From Chrysochromulina tobinii (Eukaryota), in contig JWZX01002871.1 in NCBI GenBank assembly GCA_001275005.1, forward strand, positions 1 to 53,903: 53,903 nt of DNA, read 5' to 3'. A program made the translations under genes and the position numbers. Shown piece after piece: positions 35,646-44,924 of this stretch; the first letter of the stretch is position 1, and every line of letters begins with the position of its first letter. The notes below the pieces were generated by a model. It saw only the letters and a program-made list of their open reading frames with translations. It did not search any database and had not been told where the DNA came from.

Positions 35646-37945
35646 CCGCTCACGGGCTCGGCGCTCATCACGACGCGCACGACGACGCGCACCACGCGCA
35701 CCACGCGCACCACGACGCCGACGCCGCTCTCATCGAGGGTCTCAAGGCTCAGATGCGCCGACGGGCGGAGGAAGGCAGCAGCGGCGCCGCCGGTGCGGGC
35801 GCAACCACGTACGGCCTCGTGGGCGATGGCCTTGCAGGCAGCCTTGTGGGCCGGATTATCGGCGCGATCTCAACGGTCGAGAGCCTGCGCACGAGTGAGA
35901 ACGAGCGCAAGGCCGTCTGGGGCCAGTTGCGCTCCCTCACGCTCCGTGGCCTGCGCGGCGGCTACGTCGATGTTTCGTCACGAGCTGCGGCGGTCGACGG
36001 CAGCGCCGCCGAGGGCGCGAGCGCCGTCCCGAGCGCTGAGGGCGACCCACTCCGACCCGCAGCGGGCGACGTGGCGGACATGGCAGATTTGGATCTAGAG
36101 GCACAGAAAGAGCTTGACGACGCGAGCTTGCGCGTGCACCTGGGCGGAGATCTCGAGCTCGCGCAGGGCTTCCTCTTCATGCCGCACGCCTTCCTGGGGT
36201 GCGACTGGACCGGCCCTCGACCTCGCATGCTGATTGCATGCTGATTGCATGCTGATTGCATGCTGATTGCATGCTGATGGCCTCCCTCATCAGGTGCGAC
36301 TGGACCGGCCACGTGCACGTGAGCGTCGCGTACCAGCATGGCGTCCATCAGCTCACCATCAGCGTCAGCCCGCAGGCGGCGAAGCTCCTCGCAGGTCTCG
36401 TGGGAGGCGCGCCGATGCTGCTCGTGAGCGCCAAGCGCGACGTGCTGCTCGATGTCGTGGCCGGCAAGCTCGAGGCTACCCGCGCCGTCATCACCGGCCG
36501 CGTGCAGGTGAGCGACCTGGGGAAGCTCCTCGTATTCAAATCGGCCTTCCTGATTGCATGCTGATTGCCTCCCTCATCAGGTGAGCGACCTGGGGAAGCT
36601 CCTCGTGTTCAAATCGGCCTTCCGGCTCAAACGCGCCGTCTTCGACGCGTACAAGGCGTCCCTCCAGCTCACACAGCAAGCACGTGCCACGCCAGAGCAT
36701 CTCGACCCTCTCACCAAGCTCCAGCGCTCGCCGCCCAGCGCCGAGCTCCTCGCAGAGTTGGGCATGCTGCTGCCGGCCCCAACGGTCGGTGGCGCGAGTG
36801 CGTACGCCAGCTCTGAGGGCGGTGCCTTCGAGCTGAGCGAGGCGCTGCTGTTCGCTGTGTACGCGTTCACAGCGACCGATTGGACCGGGGACGTCCTCTT
36901 CAATCTGAGCAGCGAGCTCAACCCGAGCAGCAGCGTGGCCACAGCCGCCACGGCCGCCACGGCCGCCACGGCCGCTATGCTCTCGTCCAGCACACCGCCC
37001 CGAGTCTCGAAATCCGCCTCCGACGGCGCGGCGGTCGCCGTGCTCTTCCGCCTCTCTCCGAGCGGTGTCCGGCTGATCGTCGCGCCTGTGCGCTTGGCCA
37101 GCGCGCCAGCGTGCAGCGTGGCGTGCGAGCGGCGCGTGCTGCTGGCGGTGCTCACTGGCGACTTTGAACTGACCGCAGCGCTCATGAGCGGCCAGATGCA
37201 CACGGATAACTTCGTCTCGATGATGAAGTTCAAGCGCGCCTTTCAACTCGATCGAGGTGCATGGCGCGAGTTCCAAGCCTGGCGGCGTGCTGATTGCATG
37301 CTGATTGCATTCTGATTGCATGCTGATTACATGCTGATTGCATGCTGATTGCCTCCCTCATCAGGTGCGTGGCGCGAGTTCCAAGCCTGGCGGCGTGAGC
37401 ACGCCACACCGCCGGCGCCGGGCGTCGAGATGCTGATCGATCTGAGCTCTCCCATCAAACTGGCCGCACCGCTGCCCGCCCCACCGGCGACGCCGCCGCC
37501 GCCGGCCACCGCGACGATCAGCCCACCGCCCGCCGCGGCGGACATTGGCCTTGAGCGGCTCGTGGATGACGCCGAGCTGTACATGGCCGCGTCGTACCTG
37601 CCTGTGGCCTTCGAGGCCTCGTCGATGGACATCGGGGTCCTGTGCCAGCTCTCGCGGGAGGACGGAGCCGCCCCGCGCACGCTCGGGATATGGGTGAGTC
37701 CAGCGGGAGTGCGTGTGTACGCGGACGAGGAGGCGCCCAAGATGCCGGCGGTGACGTGCAACATCAGCTGCGAGCGCGAGGTGCTCATGCAGATCATCCG
37801 AGGCGAGATGGAGGCGACGAATGCGATCATGTCGGGCTTGGTGATGGTGGACGACCTTGGGCAGCTGATGGCGTTCAAGATGGCGTTCAAGCTCGAGCGC
37901 GCCACCTTCGAAGAGTACCTCGCCAAGTCGAAGCGCGGCGCATGA
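32601..37945 (+). CDS. F-BAR (FCH) domain protein with three C-terminal SCP2-like sterol-binding domains; ~8 exons, 5' end uncertain
   Basis: FDSIVRRSAAGVASCKEVLGLMRARQATEEAYGQALLKQ and ERGTC...HMQLAAHL are F-BAR-like. Three repeats of ..G.LE...A...G.V.V.DLG.L..FK.AF.L are SCP2-like. Frame-restoring introns: 32979-33055, 33655-33824, 34408-34721, 36199-36293, 36508-36580, 37257-37364. First exon 32601-32621 and intron 32622-32812 are tentative. Confidence 0.7.
34408..34721 (+). other. Compound intron: three GT...AG units of (CTGATGACCH)n with diverged junction copies
   Basis: TGCAG|GTGC at 34403-34411, 34481-34489, 34559-34567 and 34717-34725; units of 78, 78 and 158 nt. Confidence 0.85.
36199..36293 (+). 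other. Intron = 17-nt exon duplication + (CTGATTGCATG)n + GCCTCCCTCATCAG
   Basis: GTGCGACTGGACCGGCC at 36199 and 36294; removal gives FLGCDWTGHVH. Confidence 0.9.
36508..36580 (+). other. Intron = 43-nt exon duplication + short CTGATTGCATG array + GCCTCCCTCATCAG
   Basis: 36508-36550 equals 36581-36623 with 1 mismatch. Confidence 0.9.
37257..37364 (+). other. Intron = 33-nt exon duplication + (CTGATTGCATG)n + GCCTCCCTCATCAG
   Basis: 37257-37289 equals 37365-37397 with 1 mismatch; in-frame stop inside the intron. Confidence 0.9.
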
Positions 37946-38868
37946 GGTTACTAGTAGCTCTCGATCCTCGTGCGGTGTTGCTTATGCCCGGTGGGCCCCC
38001 GACCCCGCGCCCCACCACAAGGAAAGCGCCGCCTAGAAGAGCGCCGCCTTATAGCGGATTAGCGCCGCGCACGCCCCGGAGCCAGGTCGGATGATACCGA
38101 CGTACACAGTGATGATGAATTTGCTGGTGTAAGTCGTGTAAAATCTCAAACTTCAACCTAGCTAGGACTCATCAAGGTCGACAAGGACCCAAATGAGCCA
38201 ATGGCTGTACCAGAGTCTTTACTGGAGGACTGCATGACAAGTGCAGCCAGGACGCACAGCGTGAGCGTCGTATACACAATGAGGCAGTAGAAGGTCTCAA
38301 GCAAAACCAAAGCACGGAGAACCGGCGTAAGGCCCATGGTCTCGAATTGAAATCTGCCACGCGATGGCGACGAACCCATGAGCTCACACAGACAAGTCGG
38401 CAGGATGTGTGTCTCATTCACTGTGGCTCTGGAAACCGACAAGAGCTAGTCCTCAGCCGTACTGTCAGACTGCACTATCAGCACTTCTCGGTCTTCGACG
38501 TCGCCGAGGAGCACCAGTGCGGGCGGGCGGGGAGGGTTCGGTCGAAGCGGGCCGGGCAGCTCGCGCACCTGGAGGTGCCCGTGTGTCGTGGTCGCGATGG
38601 CGTTCGTGAAGGATTCCGTCTAGACGCCGCGAAGTGTGTGGGAAGTGCATGTGGGGTGCCTGTGGGGAGTCGGGGCACGTGAGAATAACGGCATGGGCTG
38701 GCTCACAAGAACTCCGCCAGACTTTGACTTCGCACGGGCCGATAGTCGGCCGACTCCCTTGCGCGGCGCGGAGGCGGGAGGGCTGATCGGCGGGCCGCCG
38801 CCGCCCCCTGCGAACCCGTCCCGTGCCCCGCTCCTGCTCCCAGTACGATCAGGCGAGGTGCCGCGACG

Positions 38869-39927
38869 ATGCCCGACCAGGCTGTGCAGCAGCGCTGGGA
38901 GCCCTTGCGCACCCTGAGACGCGCCTCGTGGCGCGCGCATGCAGCGTTGCTGCCTCTACTGCACGTCACCGACCCGGTCGCGCCCGCCAACACCTGCGTC
39001 AACCTGCAAGTATTGTGGCTCAAAGCTCTCGCTGGCACGCGAGGCGAGACCGCCGACTATATTTCGTACCGCTGCCTTCCGACGCACACCAGGTGGATCG
39101 TCAGCCGGCCGCTCTGCTGGCTTTACCCGCCATGGATGCACACGACGATAGCTCGGCGGAGCCTCTTCATCGACGACGCGCTTGCGGACGTGCTCGGGCT
39201 GATCCGAGAGCGGGATCATCGCCACTTCCACGTGGTGACGCTCGGAGCGGGGTTCGACACGCGTCCCATGCGTCTTGGAGTGCTCGAAAACGTGCAACGG
39301 CGCACCGCCACAATCGACACACGCCTGACGTGGTCCGAGGTAGACCTTCCGGAGGTCATCCAGCAGAAGCGGCGCATGCTCGAGAGGCTCACTCGCCGGC
39401 GTCCGTGGCTCTCACCGCGCATCCCCTTGCTGCACAGCGCCGACCTATCGACGCGCTCGGGACGGCGCGTTGTGCACCGTGCGGCTCAGTGTGATGCCCT
39501 ACGCAGCAGCCAGGCGCACACGACCGTATTCGTCCTCGAGGCGCTGCTCATGTACATGGATCCAGCTTCAGCCCGAGAGCTGCTGCGGGTCTGCGGCAAT
39601 GTGCCTGGATCTCTGGTCGTCTTCGCCGACAGGCTGCCTGGGGGCGTCGACAACCGAGCGCAAGCGGAGGCAGTCTTGAAGGCTGCCGGCCTCACGTTGG
39701 ACGAGTGGCGTATCAATGCCAAATTAGAAAGGGCGACGGCTTGGCCCTTTGGCTTCGGCTGGCCTCCACGTGTTCGCACAAGCGGCGCTCCACAGCACCC
39801 ACACCAATCGCAAGATTTGGCCGGCCAGGCTCTTGCTGAAGGCGATGCGCGGGCCCTCGTGGCAGCAGGCGCCTGCGTGTCGCACGCCAGGCACATGGGA
39901 ATCGCCCACAGTACCGGTAACCGGTAG
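38869..39927 (+). CDS. Leucine carboxyl methyltransferase-family SAM methyltransferase
   Basis: RSLFIDDAL, VVTLGAGFDTR, EVDLPEVIQQKRRML, ADL, VFVLEALLMYM. The true start may lie upstream. Confidence 0.8.
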   Translation: MPDQAVQQRWEPLRTLRRASWRAHAALLPLLHVTDPVAPANTCVNLQVLWLKALAGTRGETADYISYRCLPTHTRWIVSRPLCWLYPPWMHTTIARRSLFIDDALADVLGLIRERDHRHFHVVTLGAGFDTRPMRLGVLENVQRRTATIDTRLTWSEVDLPEVIQQKRRMLERLTRRRPWLSPRIPLLHSADLSTRSGRRVVHRAAQCDALRSSQAHTTVFVLEALLMYMDPASARELLRVCGNVPGSLVVFADRLPGGVDNRAQAEAVLKAAGLTLDEWRINAKLERATAWPFGFGWPPRVRTSGAPQHPHQSQDLAGQALAEGDARALVAAGACVSHARHMGIAHSTGNR

Positions 39928-40317
39928 GATTACGTTGTTGAACGGCCGCCGGGTCTTGTTTAAGGTTCCCGGGTCTTTTGATCGATACCACGGGCGTCCT
40001 CGTGGGCGAGATTTCCTCGGTGCTTTCTTTTCCATTCCGCGCTTCTCCGTCGGCTTCGTGTACAGTCTCATCTTCTTGCTTGACGGACGAACGCGATGCG
40101 ACCTAACTGTTGGCTCATTGTAGGCGGCTACCCACTGACTGCACAAGACCGAGGCCTGTCCAACTTTTTCTCATCATTTTGCGCCAAGTTGCTGATCGTG
40201 GTCCAAGCAGAGCTCGTGCACCTTGGCCATCGCCACATAGCGGTCGGCATCCTCTCGCCGTCAGCGGAAGGCATTAGCAGCTTGGCACTGCCCTTGTTGT
40301 CACTTGGACGCTCTTCT

Positions 40318-41997
40318 ATGCGAACGCTTCACCTTGCCTCCGATGTGGCGAGCGTCCACGCTTGCGGTGCGGTCGAGCTCTTGCTGGACGCCGAGCACCC
40401 ACTCAGTGCGGGACTCAGTGCTGGCCACGTGCCAGTGTCTGCAAAGCCCGTGACTCTTCTGAGTGCGAGACCGTGCAGCCGAGAGGCCATACAGATCGCA
40501 CGACCGTCCGAGGCCTACGACGCACCAGCGAATTCGTTCAGCATGCTGGCCTTCGAGCCCGGCGCGGCTCTGTGCGATGGCCGCCACGCGATCGCACGGT
40601 ACGTTGCGTTCGGGCTCTGGTCAGACGCGCTCGTGGACGACGCCCAGGCACAAGCCACTGCACAGGCGCGGGCCCTGCTGCGTGCCGCCTTGTACTGGCT
40701 GGCGGGCACTGCTCCCGTGGCGGACGACGGAGCTGAAGCCGTGTCGTCGTGGGCGTCACAGGTCGCCGAGTTCCGAGCGTATGCGCACGCGCGGACCTCG
40801 CTTGCGAAGGCGATGCAGCAAGAGCGGAGGGTGCGAGCGCGCGCCAGTGGCTCGCCCGGTCTACGCGGCGTGGTGGACGACGACGACGATGACGTGCTGC
40901 CTCCAGCTGTGCGGGCGAGCCACGTCGCGGGCGGCTGTACCGGCACGATCGAGGGGACCCGACTACCAGCTGGGCGTTCATGTGCACGTCCCGATGATCG
41001 TGTGAGCGTGCTGCTGCACACGTGCGACGCCTACGCGCGCTTCTGGACGGGTTGGTCCCGCCGCTATCAACGGTACTGGCCCGGTGCGGAGCTCTGTTGG
41101 CCGTTACACTTTGCCAACGAGGTGGCGGCGGTCCGAACACACGTCCTCCGGACGTGTGACGGTGTGACGCCCACCCACCTGCCCACAGGCACTGGCGAGT
41201 TCTCATCGCGGCTGCGGCACGCCCTGCTGGCGCTGCGCACGCCCCTTGTGCTGCACATGCAAGAGGACATGTGGCTCATACGAGCACAGCGCTCGACACA
41301 GCGACACGTGGCATTCGTGAAGCACGAGCCTCGATCACGTGGTCACAGGGAAGCGGTGGAGGAGGAGGAGGGGGAGGAGGAGGAGGAGGTGGTGGTGGTG
41401 CGAGCCTCAGAAGGGAGCGATCGGTCTCCCACCGTACTAGTCGACGTGGACATGAGCGTGCTGCTCCGATGCGCGCAAGAGCTCATCGAGAACGACGCGT
41501 TCGATGGCATCCGATTCGAAGGTGCGGCGATGGTGCGGGCTGGCTTGTACCATCTCGAGGCCACCAACTACTCGTGTGGCGACGAGCGCGATGCTGGGCG
41601 GCCGCCGCTCCCAATCTACCGGATGGCGAGCCGCACGAACCGGTGGCTCTTCTCCCACCAGCCTGGGTTGTGGAACCGACGCCGCCTGCTCTTCGACGCT
41701 GACGGCCATGGTGCCGACGACGACGGTGCCAGCTACGGTGGTGCCGCCGCGGCTGGCGTCCACAACAGTACCGCCGATGGCACTCAAGGGCCGGTCGTGC
41801 GCGCTGGTGAGGACCCCTGGCTCAACGAGTTGATGGGCAGCCTGCGCGCGCAACGGCTGGGCCTGCGTGTCGGCCTCGTGGTGGTCGAGTGGTTTCGGGC
41901 CGTCTCGAGCGGAGGCGTGCTCAACGAGGAGGGCAGGGAGCTCGTCGTCGAGGAGATTCAGTCCGTGATGAATAGGGGTGTCACGAAGGGGTTGTAG
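40318..41997 (+). CDS. Hypothetical protein with C-terminal GT-A glycosyltransferase-like domain
   Basis: VSVLLHTCDAYARFW...YWP, FSSRLRHAL, VLHMQEDMWL, FSHQPGLW, PWLNE. The ORF is open from 40096, so the start is uncertain. Confidence 0.5.
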   Translation: MRTLHLASDVASVHACGAVELLLDAEHPLSAGLSAGHVPVSAKPVTLLSARPCSREAIQIARPSEAYDAPANSFSMLAFEPGAALCDGRHAIARYVAFGLWSDALVDDAQAQATAQARALLRAALYWLAGTAPVADDGAEAVSSWASQVAEFRAYAHARTSLAKAMQQERRVRARASGSPGLRGVVDDDDDDVLPPAVRASHVAGGCTGTIEGTRLPAGRSCARPDDRVSVLLHTCDAYARFWTGWSRRYQRYWPGAELCWPLHFANEVAAVRTHVLRTCDGVTPTHLPTGTGEFSSRLRHALLALRTPLVLHMQEDMWLIRAQRSTQRHVAFVKHEPRSRGHREAVEEEEGEEEEEVVVVRASEGSDRSPTVLVDVDMSVLLRCAQELIENDAFDGIRFEGAAMVRAGLYHLEATNYSCGDERDAGRPPLPIYRMASRTNRWLFSHQPGLWNRRRLLFDADGHGADDDGASYGGAAAAGVHNSTADGTQGPVVRAGEDPWLNELMGSLRAQRLGLRVGLVVVEWFRAVSSGGVLNEEGRELVVEEIQSVMNRGVTKGL

Positions 41998-42271
41998 ACG
42001 AGAGAGATCAACCCCTTGGAGTGACTGTCAAGATGGATCTGTTTCTTTTTTTCAGAGAATTTCCAGAGAATAACCACTATAAGAACGATTCCGCAATTTC
42101 TGTGAAATAATCACCGGAAGGCGAGCGCGCGTGGACGGGTTTGGCAAGCACGCACGGACGTGGCACGAACGATGCACGAACCGCGTATGCTGACACATTG
42201 TTCTAGTCCTACGTGATCGTGCTCATTTCTCGAGGCCCGAAGTGCAACGCTGCCACCTAGAGTCAAGTCTG

Positions 42272-44381
42272 ATGGGACTCTTTTGCTTTTGGCTCAAATG
42301 CCGGACCTTCTCGAGCAGAAGGCGGCGTAAGGCAGAGGAAGAGGAGCGCGAGAAGAAGGAGAAGGAGGAGGCGCAGAAAGTCATCGCGAGGTGGTGGCGA
42401 CGATTCAACAAGTTACAAAAAATTCAACAAGGCCTGAAGGTCATGTTATTGGAAGGGCACGTGGCGCGTGCTTTGGAAAGGCACCGGGGCGCGCGCGCAC
42501 GCGCGCGCACGCGCTGATTGGAACAAGTTGATCCGCCACGTCCGACAGGACCAGCGAGTCGCCATAAGTTGGCGAGCGCTGGTAGACGGGGCGCTCGAGC
42601 ACGAGAAGCAGCTCGACGCAGCACCTTTCGCTTGGTTTGAGGGGGCGGGAAAGACTCCCATGTTATTGCAAAGAATCACTTACCCGGCGAAGAAATACAA
42701 GGCGCTCTGCAAGTTGCGCCACCCGGCTCTCGCTCGTCGTCCGCCAGGTTATGGCGCCTTGTTCAGCCAGCGCCCAGCATCGATGCCCATCAACGACACG
42801 CCCATCTGCCTCACCCAGCTGCGTCGTCGCCTCGCTGTTTTCCACGACAACGGTTGGCAAGCAGTCAATGTGGGCGGTGACGGCAACTGCTTCTTCCGTG
42901 CGCTTGCGAAGCACTACTTCGTTCTGGAGCGAATGGATCCAGCGCCGACCGCGCGTGGGGCAAGCAATCGGCCTTCGAACAAGGTAGTGCCTAGCTCTCT
43001 TATGTGCAGGGGTGTCGAGTGCACTCGCTCTCTTATGTGCAGGGGTGCCGAGTGGGGCTTTCTTCACCACAACTTTTCCGGCGTCTGGCAGCTCTCGATG
43101 GCCGCTTCTCAACGGACGCTCCTCAACGGCCGGCCTCACTATGTGCACAAGACCAAGTCCGCCGGGCAGGCGCACCTGTTCCATATCATCGACCCGACCT
43201 ATCACGTGCCGCGCTGGGTAATCGGGCCAACGGCAGGCGGCAATGACGGGTGGGCGTACTGCGAGTCAGATGCGTCGACGCCGCACGAGATCCTTGGGAC
43301 ATGGATCTCATTCGATGGCTTCGAGTGGAGCTTGTGCAAGTCGTTGCGGTTTGAGCCCAAGGAAGGTGAGGGCAACGACGGCTCTTTTGCAGCCGCGCCG
43401 GCGCCCCTAACGTTCCCCGCCGCCGCACCCGCGCCCGGACGGCGCAAAGTCTTTGTAGACGCGCGTGGCGCCCCCGCCTGGTCCGCCTCCAATGACGCCC
43501 AGATTGCCGCCCATCAAGAGAGAGAGAGGGCTCGGGCGGCGCTGGACGAGCGGCGCAAAGCAAGTACCAACCTCGACCCCGCGGCATCTCCTCAGAACGC
43601 GACGCGCTTGGCCGAGCTAAAGGCGGAGCTGACTCAGGCGATCGAGGCACGGGACTATGCGACGGCAGCCGAGCTCGCATCGCAGATGAACGCGGCCGTG
43701 GTGGCGCCTCGTAATCCCGCTGCCGCCGGGCCGCTGCCAGATGGATGGCAGGAGCTCAAGACGGCAGAAGGCAAGGCGTACTACTACCAGAAGGCGACGA
43801 AGAAGACGCAGTGGAGGCGGCCCGTGGAGGCTCCAGCGGATAAGGCAGCGGCAACCAGCAAGCCTGTCGCCAGGGCAAGCAATCGTCAGGTCAACGCCGC
43901 GATCGACTCGGCCACTGGTGCATTAAGAACTCCTCCACTGTACCCTCCTCCACTGTACACCCGTCCCAATGGTTCCAGGTTCTCGCACGGGCGTCAACGG
44001 GATTCCCGAGGGACGCCCACGTCGCGCGGACCGCCGTCCATAAGTGCCCAGGCGAACTTCGACACGCTTGGCATTCCTTTCGCCCTTCGCCTGCGCGGAC
44101 CTTCATCGTCGCATCTGGGCATGAACAACGCCAATGACACGCTTGGCGATGCTTTCAACACTGCCGGCCAAGCCCATGGGACTCCTCGATCGCGGAGCCG
44201 CTCGCCGGCGCTCATGCCGACCGAGCGCGGAAGCTTCGATAGTCTGGATTTCGACGATAACCCGGATGTACGTGCATGGCCGCGTGAAGGACGCGGTTCT
44301 CAGCGCTTCGACAACGGTCCAGACTCGAGCCCCTTTGACAACGGTCGGGCTCCGATTCACAACAGCGAGTTGGATGCGTAG
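42272..44381 (+). CDS. Mosaic protein: MGLFC N-terminus, internally deleted OTU, UVR-like coil, WW domain
   Basis: GGDGNCFFRALAK|HYFVL; RLAELKAELTQAIEARDYATAAEL; LPDGWQELKTAEGKAYYYQKATKKTQWRRP. Probable intron from 42440 to 42527 or 42548 (both keep frame). Confidence 0.6.
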
Positions 44382-44924
44382 GCGCTTGACCCGGTCAGGC
44401 TCCAAGCCACTTTTATCTTTTAACCGTTGACTGTTGACTGTTCGAGCAGTATGAGGCCACCGCCCTGCGCGCATTCAACGCGCATCACATTTGATTAAAT
44501 GTCACATTTAAAGCATTGAGTGCATGATTGCATGGCCCATGGGGGCAGGTGATCCGCGCGCATCACCACAGCAGGTTGCCTTGATCTGGCTCACAGGGTC
44601 ATCCTCTTATGTGCGAAGGCAGAGTGGAGACTGGAGAGATCTTTGATCTACGTCGTACGTACGTGCTGTCGCGTGCTCGTCGCGTGTGTCGTTCTCACGT
44701 GTGAGATCTTTTTTTTCAGAGAATTTTATATGAAAGCTTCACACTTTTCTTTTCTGTGAACGATTCCGCGCACCTCGGCAACAAATCGCTATGAAATACA
44801 TGTAATCACAGGAAGGCGAGCGCGCGTGGACGGAGTTTGGCAAGCACGGACGTGCCACGATTTTTACACGCGCGTTTCTGGTGGAGTCCTACGTCATCGT
44901 GCTCCTTTCTCGAGGCCAAGTCTG

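Noticed and set aside
30586..37321. ORFs reading SSEVIRGHQ, MLIAC or NQHAISM
   Set aside because: These are translations of intronic microsatellites, not proteins.
42984..43050. Possible intron at the duplicated CTCTCTTATGTGCAG
   Set aside because: The donor at 42984 is phase 0 and neither acceptor keeps frame; the ORF reads through, so it is treated as a 33-bp tandem duplication.
44531..44601. Hairpin with CAGG...ACAGCAG resembling SRP helix 8 or an H-box
   Set aside because: Lacks the GNAA tetraloop and the rest of the SRP or H/ACA architecture; one GC-rich hairpin is expected by chance.
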